Assembly: GCA_964016885.1 (NCBI GenBank)
Contig: OZ024740.1
Coordinates: 126,666,001 to 126,730,000 of the forward strand
Length of the DNA stretch: 64,000 bases
DNA from: Eledone cirrhosa
Lineage: Eukaryota
Direction: 5' to 3'
Position 1 is the first letter of the stretch. Every line of letters begins with the position of its first letter. Below the pieces are notes generated by a model. The model was not told the origin of the DNA. It ran no database searches and worked only from the letters and a program-made list of their open reading frames with translations. The translations under genes were made by a program, and so were the position numbers. This document shows positions 1 to 14,153 of this stretch, in pieces.

Positions 1-209
1 TATTGAATACCTTACTTACTGTGGTTACGACCGATTCAACCCGGAATAACATTTATATATATATATATAGCGAAAACCAACCAAACAGTGATTGTGTTCT
101 GTTATTAATTCTGGCAATATTACACAAATATGACCCTCCCCAAGTATAACAATATTTGTTTCGACACACGATTTCATATAAAAAACCTCGCAATACTAAT
201 TCATCGCCG

Positions 210-210
<1 letters not shown>

Positions 211-270
<60 letters not shown>
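211..270. repeat. (TA)n microsatellite (representative of many TA/CA/GA tracts in the window)
   Basis: Pure dinucleotide run; such runs generate the spurious IYIY/HTHT/VCVC ORFs in the track. Confidence 0.98.
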
Positions 271-271
<1 letters not shown>

Positions 272-894
272 TTGTATTCATACATGCATATACTTTTACC
301 CCGAATTATGCCTGTATATTTAGACGTATAATTGTTAATTTTCTTAAGTTTTTCAATACTAATGTAACATATGTGTTATTTCTTTCCTCACATTTATTGC
401 AATGGTTTACATTTTTAACACAAAATGTAACTTTATTTTTCTAACATTGTCATGAGGCATCACACTTTCTCCATGACGTCAAATAAAATTATGTGTGTAC
501 TTGTATCTAAGTTGCTATAAATTAATGTTTCGTCCCTGGTGTGCTACTCCACTGGACAGTGTTTGGCTTGTGTCAGATACGGTGACCCAGTTTTGACAAG
601 CAGTCGATCTTCAGAACGAATGACCCTGGAATTCTGTGCACTTCGTATGTATTTTTAGTTTAAACAGATAGTTTCTTAAGTTTTTCTACTTAAAAGAAAT
701 AATTTTCGCTTTGCCCTTTTTCCGTCGTTATCTTCTTAATAATCTTAAGCTTATATGCTTCAATATATATATATATATATACTCACACACACTTACACAC
801 ACAGGCACATACATATATACACGTATGCACACACAAATATATATACGTATATATATATATTTATATATATATATAAATATATATATATACACAC

Positions 895-980
<86 letters not shown>

Positions 981-1127
981 ATTTTGAGTTTATGTTGGTT
1001 GTATACCAACACCTCAGTATGCAGGCTGGAGCACTCGACGAAGTGCGCAGGTTGGTTTGGTTACTCCGGAGTAGTGTAAAATAAAGTTAAATAAAAGTCA
1101 AATGATTAAAATTTAGCTTCGATTATT

Positions 1128-1182
1128 ACTGCTATATATATTTCAGTGACAGCCATCTTTGGCTGTGACCTCTTCAGACAGT
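1128..1182 (-). ncRNA. Minimal type I hammerhead ribozyme (mirror copy in left arm of the palindrome)
   Basis: Reverse complement of 1557-1611; stem I has U-G instead of C-G next to the core. Confidence 0.8.
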
Positions 1183-1556
1183 TTGAATTAGTATGGTATA
1201 GACAAGTACATATGTTGTTTAGGTGTATGATATTGTCAATACTCTGATATGCCCAGTTCCTTGCTGGGTTGTTAATTCACTGGGGAACTGGAGTCATATG
1301 AATTCAAACAAACGAATTTTCGTGTCACAGGTCCCCTTCTCCTCTCATTGGTCAGTTATTAGTGTTGATGACAACACTAATAACTGACCAATGAGAGGAG
1401 AAGGGGACCTGTGACACGAAAATTCGTTTGTTTGAATTCATATGACTCCAGTTCCCCAGTGAATTAACAACCCAGCAAGGAACTGGGCATATCAGAGTAT
1501 TGACAATATCATACACCTAAACAACATATGTACTTGTCTATACCATACTAATTCAA

Positions 1557-1611
1557 ACTGCCTGAAGAGGTCACAGCCAAAGATGGCTGTCACTGAAATA
1601 TATATAGCAGT
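1557..1611 (+). ncRNA. Minimal type I hammerhead ribozyme
   Basis: ACTGC-CTGAAGA-G GTCACAGCCA aaga TGGCTGTCAC T-GAAA-TATATA-TA-GCAGT: stem I ACUGC/GCAGU, CUGAnGA and GAAA cores, long stem II, palindromic stem III. Confidence 0.85.
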
Positions 1612-1655
1612 AATAATCGAAGCTAAATTTTAATCATTTGACTTTTATTTAACTT

Positions 1656-1733
<78 letters not shown>

Positions 1734-2171
1734 ATATACACACATAGACGCAATCACAAACATGTATTCGAGCGTGTGTTGGTATTTTTGTGTGTGGGCA
1801 TATTTGTGCGTATATATTCAAGTTCATTCAAATTAATTCTGACAAATGTCTTATTAATATACTACATTGATTTTCCCATTAATAATAAAACGAAACACTA
1901 ATATAAATAAAAACAGTTATAATAAAATAATGATTATTACCATGATAATTTTTAGGACATGAGGGAGAACAGCATGAACAATAATAAGAACAATAACAAC
2001 AATATTTACAAAATATTAATAGCCGAAAGCGCAAAGAAGTGCTTTCATGTTATTTCAAAACCTAATATGAAATACACAAATCGAGTGGAATATGATTCGT
2101 AATAGAACACCCATCTCTAAGTTTGTGTCTCCCCTCTCTATTTCTATCACATATTTCTGTCTGTGTGTATT

Positions 2172-2585
<414 letters not shown>

Positions 2586-3055
2586 CACTATGTGTGGGTG
2601 TGTGCATGTACTTGGGTACATGACGGTCACAAAGAAATTTACATACATATATATTTTCTCATCTTCATTAAATTTGAACATGACTGTTATAAAAATACAT
2701 TTAATATATACTAATAGAAATTTAATAATTGTTAAAGCTTCTGATTACTGATATAAAAATATAAATTGCACAAAATTATTTAATAATTCCACGTATTCCT
2801 CGTTAAAGTGTTTTTTTCCATATCGCGATATATCATTAATTATTAATTATCTCAAGATTAATTTTGAAATCTTATAAATAAGATGACACAGAATAATTTG
2901 AATCACTTATGCAAAAAAATTATAATTATCCATTTTATCATACATATATTGTATAGGCTAGTCCTGGTAAGCTAAATTACCGCACGCATGTCAATATACA
3001 TATGTTCATAAATGAATTAGCAAAGAAAATTATATATATATATATATATATATTT

Positions 3056-3087
<32 letters not shown>

Positions 3088-3729
3088 CATTTATATATAC
3101 AGGATATCTTAATGAAAATGTTATAATCTTAACATTTATGTTCATACATATGACATTTTAATTAACTCTATACTTATATTTCAAAAAACGAAAATTAGGC
3201 CGGATTCCAATTATTCCTTTAATGTTGCAAAATTACAATACATATTTCTATGAGCTGTTTACATCATCAGATCGTGATGTAATACTTCGGTAACATCATC
3301 ATGGGTATATTGCGAAGATTAGGTAATTATTTACAGGATTACGGCAGGCATATAGAGAGCAGAAACTTAATTCGGAGACGGAACGTCATTCGGTGCTATG
3401 TTTGTGACGCACCGGCTCCGATTGGCATGCAATCAGCATTGGTACGGTCAGTCAGGCTGGGGTTTACTTTTTGGCGACCGAGATCGTGCTGTATTAATTA
3501 TAACTAGTAATCTGCCGCTCAGACAGGTCAGCAGATGCTGGTTGAAAACCTGCGTAGCGTGAAAATGAAACTTTATGGGAGATAAATGCTATAATACGTA
3601 AAAGATTTTTAAAATGAGAAATCAGAGTTAAATAATTATAAGTGTAAATAAATTAAGATAAATGAATTAAGTGAAAATAATAATTGTAAATATTTGTGAA
3701 AAATATCAAGAGTATAATGTACAGATATA

Positions 3730-5130
3730 GTGAGTGTTCATGTCGTGACGTTGCTGAGCTACAGAATCAGGCTGAAGAAGACAAGGAAGCGCAAGATTTC
3801 CGGACAAACTTTCAACGTAGATAGGTTAAAGAACCACGCCAAGTCCGAGCCCTTCCAATCAACTGTTGGTCAAACATGTTCTGTTCTGCTCACACTCCAA
3901 GAGGATGCTTCTAACCATGACATCAATGTTCAATGACAGAGAATGCAAATGACATCTTGAAAGAAATACCACCAAAAACTTCAACGCAGGTCAATGGTCA
4001 ATGAGAGAGCTGATAATAAAACAAGGACACAACTGGAGCATGCTTATCAGTCAGGAATTTTCAACCGATGATGAATTCCGCGCCTTGAGTAATGAAATGG
4101 AGACAAAGATACAATCGTTGAGCATTGGCAAAACAGCTGATACGGGCAGCATTCCAGCAGAACTGATAACATATAGAGAAAAGACAGTAATTTACGTACT
4201 CAATAGAATTTGCAACAAGATCGTGCAGGTTGGAGAATAGCCATCGTCTTGGATTCAGTTACTCATTAACACGCTCCATAATAAGGCCAATCAACAACAG
4301 TGCCAACATTATAGAACCATCAACATTATCAGCAAAGCAAGCAAAATGATACTAAAAGTCATCATGAACAGGCTGAAGTCCCAAACAGTGTAAATCATTG
4401 CAGAATGACAGACTGGTTTCCGCAACGAAAGGGGCACCATAGAACATATTTTCTATCTAAGAGTTCTGTGCACGAAATACAGTCAACACCAACAAGGTAT
4501 TTACCATGTATTCATAAACTTCAAGAAAGCCTTTGAAAGGGCGGTGTGGGTAACAAGAGAGAAATACAAAATGGGCCAAAAGATCTTCCACACCTTACAA
4601 TAGTTGTACACAAGAACCTCAAGTGTGGTACGTTTCCAATGCACAATAGGGGACACATTTCAGGTTCACTGATGACATCGACAGGACGGCTAGGGAGTGA
4701 AGAGGAACACGATTAGCTAGTGAACAACCTGCACGTAACATCAGCGAGATACGGCAGGGTGATCAGCGCCAAGAAAACTAAGTTACTGACGAACACCAGA
4801 AAGCCAATTAAGAGAAGGATTACAATCAGTGCTCAAGAGCTGGAGTCTGTGTTGATGATCTAGTACTTTGACATCATCCCCAATCAGGAGGAATCAAATC
4901 CAGAAGTCTTTACAAGAAATGCTAGACCAGACACAGTATTGCCAATCTGAAACCGTTCTGAGATAGCAAGAATAGTACACTCAGATTCAAAATAAAATTT
5001 CTGCCTCCTATTTATCTCTTTATAGGTGAGTCTTAAACCTTGACCGCTGAACGGCAAAGGAAGATCCAAACAGTAGGGATGAAATGTTTTAGTAGAATCC
5101 TTGGAATCTCCTACACAGGACACATCACGA
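3730..5130 (+). mobile_element. Decayed RTE-clade LINE (RT fragment)
   Basis: Translated remnants GSIPAELI, LNRICNKI, HYRTINIISKASK, QTGFR..RGT, VFINFKKAF with many stops and frameshifts. Confidence 0.8.
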
Positions 5131-6469
5131 ACTTTAGAGTTTTATTTAAAAAACATTTACAGCAACCAAAAATCACCGATAATCATCAATAATTGAAAAT
5201 GTCATGGAAAAATATAATCCTTAAAGCAAAATTATATTTTCGGGGATTTCAATGCAATACATCCATTTTTGAATAACAAATTCCGGAATAAATATTAACA
5301 GTTTAAACAAAGAAGAATATTTCTTAAATACTATGAAGAAATACAACTCCATTTTACATACAGTACTAAACACCCCTACATACAGACATTTTAATGATGG
5401 AACTTCAGCAATATACCCAAATGCGGTTTTCCTATCATCATCTTCTTTAGAAACTGGAAATTAATCTAGGTTCAAATCATACCAACAATATTTTTAATAT
5501 TACAATTCCTTTAACCAATAAAAACTTTATCAATTACAAAACACCCAAATAAATTCTAAAGTAAGAAAATATCAATGTCACAAGACTGAATGAATATTCT
5601 TTCTGATTATTGAGAAGCGCAGCTATTATCCCGCAACACATTTAACAGCAATCAATCAGTTGTAGAACTAAAACATGTCTACAATTATTTATCGACAAAA
5701 TACAGAATACAATAAAAAAGAAGTGACTGGTAATTATGTCAATCTGAATGAAAACATCAATAATAAAGCTACAAAATACATTAAGTCATTACAAAAGTAC
5801 CATCGAAAACATTTCAAATATGGAATACGCAAAGGATAAAAATAAAAGATTCAAAAGGGAAGTAAACAAACCAAAAATACTTTCTGATCTAACAAGGCAA
5901 ACCTGAAGTCTATGGGCAATATATAGAGCATATGCAGCTCAATCGAGTAATCAAAACCCCCTAACAGAAATCAATAGCTGTTAATACATCATCACAATAG
6001 CAAGGTGATCTCAGATATCTCGCAACTGCCATCAATATTTGCAGAATCATTTTTGACACCTTTATATTTACAAAATATAATATTAATTACAAAACGATTA
6101 CTCCCTCGCTCCAAATGTAGATTTCCCACCTAATATAAAACAGAATTTACTCACAGTTAAAGATGTGTTAAAGGAGGAAGATAGTTTATTACATTTGTTA
6201 ATTGTGTCTTTGCCTTATCAATTTTTGGAACAATAATGAAAATAAACAGGTAAATATAGTATAAATAAATAAAAACAAATAATTAAATTTCGGAGAGTTA
6301 TTACTGAAACATAATGCACTAAATAAATAGAATACCTAAAGAAACTAGAATATGTAAATAAAACAATTTGATTACATTAATTAAGGGTAGGATGATGTAA
6401 ACCAAAATCTAAAATAAATAGTGAACCAACCTTCACGCATCCACTGGCGTCTCAGATTATGTCCATGTT

Positions 6470-6765
6470 ACTCTACGCGGGACTTGCACATGGTCACAGA
6501 AATCGGGTCTTTCGCGTGTGAAACGAACGCAGCTCGAAATTTGCATATGCGCACTCGAGTTGGGCCTTGCACATGTCCAATCGCACCGGATCTTTATGTT
6601 CACACGCGAGTTGGGTCTTGCACATGAGTCCTTGATTGGTGTCTTCCGAGTCCTACTGCACAATGGAGTCAGGTATTGCACATACACTGTCAAGTTACGT
6701 CTTGCACATGCGATTTCACTCGTGTGTGGTGCTTGTATACTCGAATTGAGTCTTGTACATGCTCA
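6470..6765. repeat. Degenerate minisatellite, core resembling (ACTC)GAGTTGGGTCTTGCACATG
   Basis: CTTGCACAT(G)-like motif recurs several times at roughly 25-60 bp spacing. Confidence 0.6.
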
Positions 6766-9700
6766 AGTCAGAAGTTTAGTAGAAACCATATCTCTTAACA
6801 GGATTCTAGAAGCAGAATTTGAACTGACAAACGGAAAATAACAAGAGATTAGCTAGTGCTTAAATCCTGGGAATAGATATTTTATAGCTAGTTATTCTTG
6901 ATCATGTAACAATTATCTAGAATGCACTGTGAGTGACAGGATATACAAGGCTGCACTATAAATTGTTTTCCTATCCCATATTGAATTTACCATGTTCTCC
7001 CTCTATAATTCCGAAACAATGAACGGCAAAGATACTCTCGCAGTGTTTGAACTCAGGAAATTGTAGCACTGTATATCATAAAAATATCATGTTCCACTCT
7101 CGATCATATCTGCCTGCAAGTTTTTCTACATTTATCCGAACAATTTACATTGCATGCAAGTCTGTATCAGACAGATACAGCTGCAGAGAAAACAGTCCAT
7201 CCACATTGTTGTCAGCGTTTAGTACAATTATCTATGCATTTCTTGTATATTCAAACAAAAGGTAAACAATTATGTGCAGTGTTGCGACCTCAAAAACATG
7301 TCCTTGGGGCAGCGCTTTGTACCAATTACGACTAAATTTAGTAAGAAAATGTAGACAAAATAACGTTTTCTCTATTTTCTACTCATCTACATTAAAATTA
7401 CTTTTATTCAGTTATTTAACTAATAAATTGTCATCATCATCGCTATTATCAGTAGAGAAAAATGGTATGGAAAAAATCATTGACCAAAATAAGGGCAACA
7501 AATAATATAATGATTTAGCTTCAAAATTGGATGTCTGACTTCTTTTTATGAGCAATTCACAACGTTACTGCTCTTGTGACACTGAACATATGTGTCTCTA
7601 GAGCCTTAAGAACGGTGTTACTTGAACCGTGAGACACGGTAGAGTGCTGTGTCAAGAAGCTATATGTGTATACCACTTTTCTTTTTTTATTTAACGACTC
7701 ATTTTATCTTTTTGAGTCAGACAAATGTTATCATTATGACACCAGTGTTTAATGTGTCAAACATGTTTTTGAACCATTTCTGTAGATTTAAAGTCTACAA
7801 ATTAATTCTTAGATGTAGCCGATTAGCAAAGTATCATAAATTACCAGCAAGTATTTACTAGAATGTTTTATTGTCAAAATTTGGATATGTATGAAAATTA
7901 AGATGTTTACTGGAAATGATAAAAGAGGGTTTATTAAATAGCATGCATAAACCTATGGGTGTATTGTATTGGGTGCGAATATACAATGGATATCTATGAT
8001 TAGGATGTGGTCGGACAATCTGATATGTGTAAATATGGTTACTTTTCAAGCCAATAAAATGTCATCTATATTTGGTGCACCATTGAATTGACCAGGTTAA
8101 TACATGGAGGAGGAAATTAATTGATGAAGGGTTGAGAAGTGCTAGGAAATCAGCATTTTCACCAGAGGTATCCGTGTGCGAGGATTGTCAGTCATTAGTG
8201 GACTTTCAATGAACATTACATTTTTGGGCTCAGGTTACGTAGACCTAGACCTCTCGTCAACGTGTATTAGACTAAATGTCTAATTCCGGAGGTAGGCAGT
8301 TGGAAGGATATCCAGTTATTAATGAATAATAGAAGAAAATATCAATTATTTAACTACGATTATAGATGACGAACGATGTAGCCACTATGTATTAGCTCAC
8401 CCTGCTAAGAGAGAGTCAATTCTAACTCAAAACCAAAATCCTAGCCTAAAATGTTTTAAATAATTATACACTAGATAATGTAGTACGACAAATACAAAAT
8501 GACGTTATGGTCGCATCAGTGATATCTTTTAAACTTCCTATTTGATCAAAGGTAACTACAGTCCAAGAAAAAAATAATACAAACTTTTCTATAATATAAA
8601 GTGTTCGTACGCACCAGCATTGCCTTTATAAATCCTTTCGGTGAGAATAGGTTCAATGTTTTCCGTCCCTGAAAAAGAGTACATATAAACGCATAGTTCT
8701 GACATCCTGCTGGAAAAGTAAGTTACAATATCACAAATTAGTAACATCCATAAAGTAAGTCAACCTCAATTCATATGAATCTAACCCAAGATATGAGACT
8801 AGATTAAATTGGATAAATTCCCCAGGAAAGAGAAAATGCTTTCCTATTGTCTATTCCATTATATGATGCGTAACTAAATGTGTTGCACCGAAATGCATTT
8901 TCTATGTGCTCACACATTATAGTAGGGCAATCCTGTTTTCAGTATGCCCACCGGAGTCATGTTGGGTGTATGTACACTCTTGTTAAATACCTATATTTTT
9001 AGAATGCGTAAAAACAATTTCAAAAAATACCAGGTACTTTTCTGTCGGCTTCCAGCTAGGCATCTGGAAAATAAGTGAATGTCCGAGGAAACATTCATGG
9101 GGCGCTCCATTGATAGACCAGCTAAGTGTTTTGGTATCTGAAACGTACAGCATATGTGGCAAGCGCGTTTATTCTCTAGTGGCCTTCGTCAGAATGTTGA
9201 ACAAATAGTTTGTGTTATTTGTTAAGGCTTTTTAAATATATTATACACATCTTCCAGAGTTCCACTTTGGCTTTCATACTCCCAGAGCCGATAAAAAAAG
9301 TACCTCTCAAGCACATGGATTAAAGTAACCATGTTATGCCTCCCTCTAAATCAAGGCCTTTTGCCATGAGAAATGGGAACTATATATTATCCATCATTGC
9401 TTCACAATAAAAACATGTTAAAGACATTTGTCATCGTATAAAATTTGAGAAATATCCTTAGAAATGTGAACACAAGATTGCATATATAGTAATAGAGTTC
9501 TATGTTGTATGCAAGAATAACATTATAATTACAAACCATGTTCCTAGACGAAGCTGAGAATTACAACGAAACAAAACAGGCTTACATAAACATTTTTATA
9601 CTTCAATAATTGTTTAAGACTATGAGATACCCCAAAATGTACTATACGTATATGCGAAGACACAAGAAACAGAAAACAATAGAATATACATGTTATTTTG

Positions 9701-11024
9701 GAAAAAAGAGGTTATACTTTGTATGCAACTAGTTGGCAAACAAGTAAGAATATAAATACTTTCTGTTGCTAGTACAACAAATTAAACAAACAGTTGAAAA
9801 ATAGTTCCCTCACTAGCCAGAAGCAGTCACTCAACATTATTCTGATATGTCCTTAGGGAAGATTTGAGTACAAACAAATGTTAAATTAAGATACGTTCGT
9901 AATTAAGAAACAGAAAATTATGAAACAGTATTTATATCTTGATTATATGAGAGCAGAGTTGGAAACCGGCTCTATCTGTTTTAAATTGAGTGAATTTCAG
10001 TAAATACTTTCAATCATGCGGCAGGTTGAAACTCCCATCGGATTCTGTTTTTTCGCCAGGAAATGATCACTTCAATGGCTTGGGATTATCTAAAACAAAC
10101 AGAGAAACCATTTTCCAAACTTTTACCACTGTCAAATCTAACAAATGTCAATTGTGGATCCCATTTGTGAACCACACTGCTATAGATGCGCGGTTCCTTG
10201 AAAAAACGATAACCTTATAAAAACAAGATCACAAGAAAGAATACAAATATAAAGGCCTTTCTCGTGAATTCAAATTTATCTTTAATCTTAGTTGAGGTAT
10301 ATAATGTTGGTGTAGTTGTTTCCGTTTCTACACACCTTACATTCAGAAAATAACTAATTACGAAGGATTCATTTCTAGTTGAGGACTGACCTTTATAGAC
10401 ATATATAATCCTAATTTTGGTTATTACTGAGTTTCTGATTGTTTCATACCACACGTAAATATTGCCGATTGTTCTAAAGCAATATAAACGGGCAACTGAT
10501 AGATAGACGAACATTGACGAAGCACTCTGAATTAGGTTCATCCATATTTTCATATTCCCTTAAGCCAAATATATTTACCACACTATCTATTTTTTCAATG
10601 CTAGATTTCTTTCATATTGTTTTGAAGAAAGAATGTCCATGCTTTCTCCGGAGTATAGTATTTATATAATGTTTCCATTTTTTAGAAAAAGATTGTCGAA
10701 AGTTCACTGAGAGTAACTATCATTAAATCTGGAGTTATTTATTTCTAATAGAATTAAATGAGGAATATTATATCGACGTTTTGTGCTACAACAATAATTA
10801 CGTGTTACGTTTGAGTAACATGACAGAATTTCCAAGGTATACAACTTCTAAATCTTTTTTGATAGACATAATCCTTATTAAATGTCCATACACGATTGAA
10901 TATACTGCGCATATATGTTATATGTTTCATTTATAATTTAAGTTGTGCGTCAATGTTGATATAAGATACACTAACGATGATAAACAGTGCAGAGACAATT
11001 CAGATGCAGACACACACAAGCATG

Positions 11025-11068
<44 letters not shown>

Positions 11069-11084
11069 TCATTTACACTGAGGT

Positions 11085-11134
<50 letters not shown>

Positions 11135-12004
11135 AAACAGAATAGGAAATGTTGACAAATTGTTCACAGTGAAAAATAGTTTAATTAGGAATAAGTGAGA
11201 ATTAGTAATAGTATTGGTTAGTATTCAGTTTTGGTTTTTAGTTTTACCGGTTGCGCATTTCTAATGCTTTTCAAAAATAATTTTGAGATAGAGCGTCCGT
11301 GATGTTTGCTCTGATCTGATTAGTTTTGGGAATTCTACCTGTTTTTATGTTAAAAAAAGTGGCTCCAGCGGTATTAAAATAAGTTTTGCGCCAATTCGTG
11401 TTGCAAAAATTCTTGTGGTCAAAACAATTTTGATTGGTCGGTAGAGGTCATGTGAATGTAAAAAATTGATTTTGCGCCAAATGTAGGTTTCTGTCGGCTG
11501 ACTGAGAAATAAGTCTTTCACGACAAATATATGAGTGTGTGTGTGTAGTAGTAGTAAAGAGGTTCGTTGTTGTGATAATGGTCAGCAGGGATGTGTGTGC
11601 GAACCGCAGCCTGTTGACAGTTCAAATGCCTATTAAGATAAGTGTGTGTGTGTAGCAGAGTAATTCGTGGTAGAGGGATGGCCAGTAGGAATTTGTCTGT
11701 AAGTGTGTGGTGGATATTTTAACATGTTAAAAGATATTTTTCAGCTCTTGTCTTATACGGAGAAGTGTGTGTATGTGTATGTCTCTTTGTATGTTAATGT
11801 ACGCGTGTGTATGTGTGTGTGTATATGTGTGTGTGTGTGTGAGAGAGAATGTGTGTGTGGGTGGACCAGTATTTTCTTCTGGTAAAATGGTGTACATTAT
11901 TCGATATTTTCAGTAAAATCGATTCTCTCAATAGAACATCAAAAACCTTAATAATAAAAGGTGTGAAATAATATATAGTATTGTCATAATACCAAGGTGT
12001 GTGT

Positions 12005-12211
12005 GAGTGTGTCCAGATTGTACGTACTGCAAGGGGGGTCCATTAGGCCTTGCCGTATTGGAATACCTGTGCACAAATATGTATCTGGAGTGTGTCCAGA
12101 AATTGTATACCTGTGCACAAATATGTATCTGGAGTGTGTCCAGATTGTACGTACTGCAAGGGGAATTCATTAGGCCTTGCCGTATTGGAATACCTGTGCA
12201 CAAATATGTAT
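12005..12211. repeat. Local tandem duplication (~127-bp period with an internal ~44-bp subrepeat)
   Basis: GAGTGTGTCCAGATTGTACGTACTGCAAGGGG...GGAATACCTGTGCACAAATATGTAT occurs twice; TACCTGTGCACAAATATGTAT three times. Confidence 0.9.
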
Positions 12212-12569
12212 GTGCCCATCAGTGTGCAGTGCATGTGTGCGTTTATGTATGTGTGTGTGTCGGCACGTTTATATCTATAGACATCAAAAGGTATGCAATT
12301 TTGTGTATATTTGTGTTGCACCATAGAACATGTGTGTTTACGTATGTCATTGTGTTTATATGTGGGTAGAGATGTATGCTGATGTAGGTATGTATTTTGA
12401 CGTGTGTATGTTGTGGGTTCGTCTTAGGGAGAAGTGTTTAGACGGGGTCCGTATTTGTTAATAAAGTAAGATTCCTTGCTGATGCGGTGGGTGTGGGTGG
12501 CATTATCTTTAAATTTGTAGAGGGGAAAGATTCTGAAGTTGGGATGATTTTGGGCGGCACAGGTATCAC

Positions 12570-12659
<90 letters not shown>

Positions 12660-12664
<5 letters not shown>

Positions 12665-13660
12665 TAAAGGTTATCATATACATAAAATTATAGATATATA
12701 TATATGTTGCAACTGTTCACTTTTAAGCTCAATGAAGAATTAATAAATTAAAATAAAAAAATCAGAGCATTATATCATAAATCATGTTTATAGAATCATC
12801 AGATATTAAAATATATACTATTTATTCTTCCAATTAGCATAAGTAACCATATACCAAATCAAATCTAGCAAGCTTTAAGAATAAATTTTCTTATGGGGAA
12901 ATCTCTGACAAACAATTGATCGTAGCCTCTTCGCGGCAGCCCCGTTCCATTATTTATCCAACATTTCGGCAGCATGCAGAATCCGACCAAATATACCATC
13001 AACCACACACAATTAGTAGTAAAATTAAACTTAGAAGAAATGCGCACATACCGTAATTATATCTCTACCATGGTTTCTTCCTTATTTAGGACATCCAAAT
13101 AATATGAATTATCCAGAGATAGGATCATCAGGAGATAAACTCAAAATCAGACATTTAGTTTTTCTAACCGATCGCGCCAAATTTAGATTCAAAAATGGCT
13201 AAAATTGCTATGTAGCTGTGTACCAGCCAGAGAGAAAGCGTGTGATTGGTTGCTTACGGCGGTTAGGCTTGCTGCTAGAAAGCGCAGCCATATATCGCCA
13301 AATTTAATCTCAACCAATTGGGAGATTATTAAATATAAAGGTTATCATATACATAAAATTATAGATATATATATGTTGCAACTGTTCACTTTTAAGCTCA
13401 ATGAAGAATTATTAAATTAAAATAAAAAAATCAGAGCATTATATCATAAATCATGTCTATAGAATCATCAGATATTAAAATATATACTATTTCTTCTTCT
13501 AATTAGCATAATTAACGATCAATTGTTTGTCAGAGATTTCCCCATAAGAAAATTTATTCTTAAAGCTTGCTAGATTTGATTTGGTATATGGTTAATTATG
13601 CTAATTAGAAGAAGAAATAGTATATATTTTAATATCTGATGATTCTATAGACATGATTTA

Positions 13661-13667
<7 letters not shown>
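12660..13667 (-). mobile_element. Non-coding Penelope/retrozyme-like element: ~671-bp unit + partial tandem copy + inverted truncated copy, between (TA)n tracts
   Basis: 12660-12847 repeated directly at 13331-13516; 13515-13667 is the reverse complement of ~12771-12923; internal hammerhead; TA runs on both sides. Confidence 0.75.
13060..13137 (-). ncRNA. Minimal type I hammerhead ribozyme
   Basis: Minus strand TATCTC-CTGATGA-TCCT...AGGA-A-GAAA-CCATGG-TA-GAGATA: 6-bp stem I, CUGAUGA core, palindromic stem III, GUA site; one extra A at the base of stem II. Confidence 0.75.
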
Positions 13668-13702
<35 letters not shown>

Positions 13703-13742
13703 TATCTGAGGAGGTACAAGGAGCTATATTATATTTTGAATG

Positions 13743-13777
<35 letters not shown>

Positions 13778-14116
13778 GAAGTGAATAACAGTTATTATCG
13801 AGTGGTTGCTATTTGCAGTATAGCGATATAAGGTTTCGCTTACCAATAAACGGTCTTAAATACCTGGATAAAATCCTTTTTTTAATGCTTACCTGTGTTT
13901 CCTTTTTATTGTTTTTACTCCAAGATTGAACAGGATTTACTAACTAACCAGATCATTGCAAATTTGTGGAGTTAGCCCTAACCGTACGGTTAAAATAACA
14001 GGTCCATTCATGTTGACATCTCTGGCAAAACTGTTGGCGCTGGCGTTTTTGAATGATTTATTTTTTAGAAAAGTGGATGACGGAGCACGTCTACCCGAAA
14101 TGGAAAAAAAATAAAC

Positions 14117-14153
<37 letters not shown>

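Larger units (their letters stand above)
1077..1662. repeat. Near-perfect palindrome (291-bp arms, 4-nt loop ATGA at 1368-1371); likely inverted Penelope-type terminal fragment
   Basis: 1077-1367 is the reverse complement of 1372-1662; I noticed one mismatch (1178/1561); right end abuts (TA)n. Confidence 0.95.

Noticed and set aside
6470-6765. Spaced repeats superficially like a CRISPR array (also 12005-12211)
   Set aside because: Eukaryotic context, irregular degenerate units, no unique constant-length spacers and no cas genes.
7050-9200. Coding-looking stretches on the minus strand near 7.0-7.3 kb and 9.0-9.2 kb
   Set aside because: Interrupted by stops and no recognisable domain; cannot be supported without a homology search.
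13630-13667. CTGATGA motif in the inverted arm (and on minus near 12800 and 13470)
   Set aside because: I could not find a GAAA with compatible stems II and III downstream.
13695-13745. TATAT-CTGAGGA-G resembling a hammerhead 5' half
   Set aside because: No stem II or GAAA half follows before the TA run; at most a truncated remnant.
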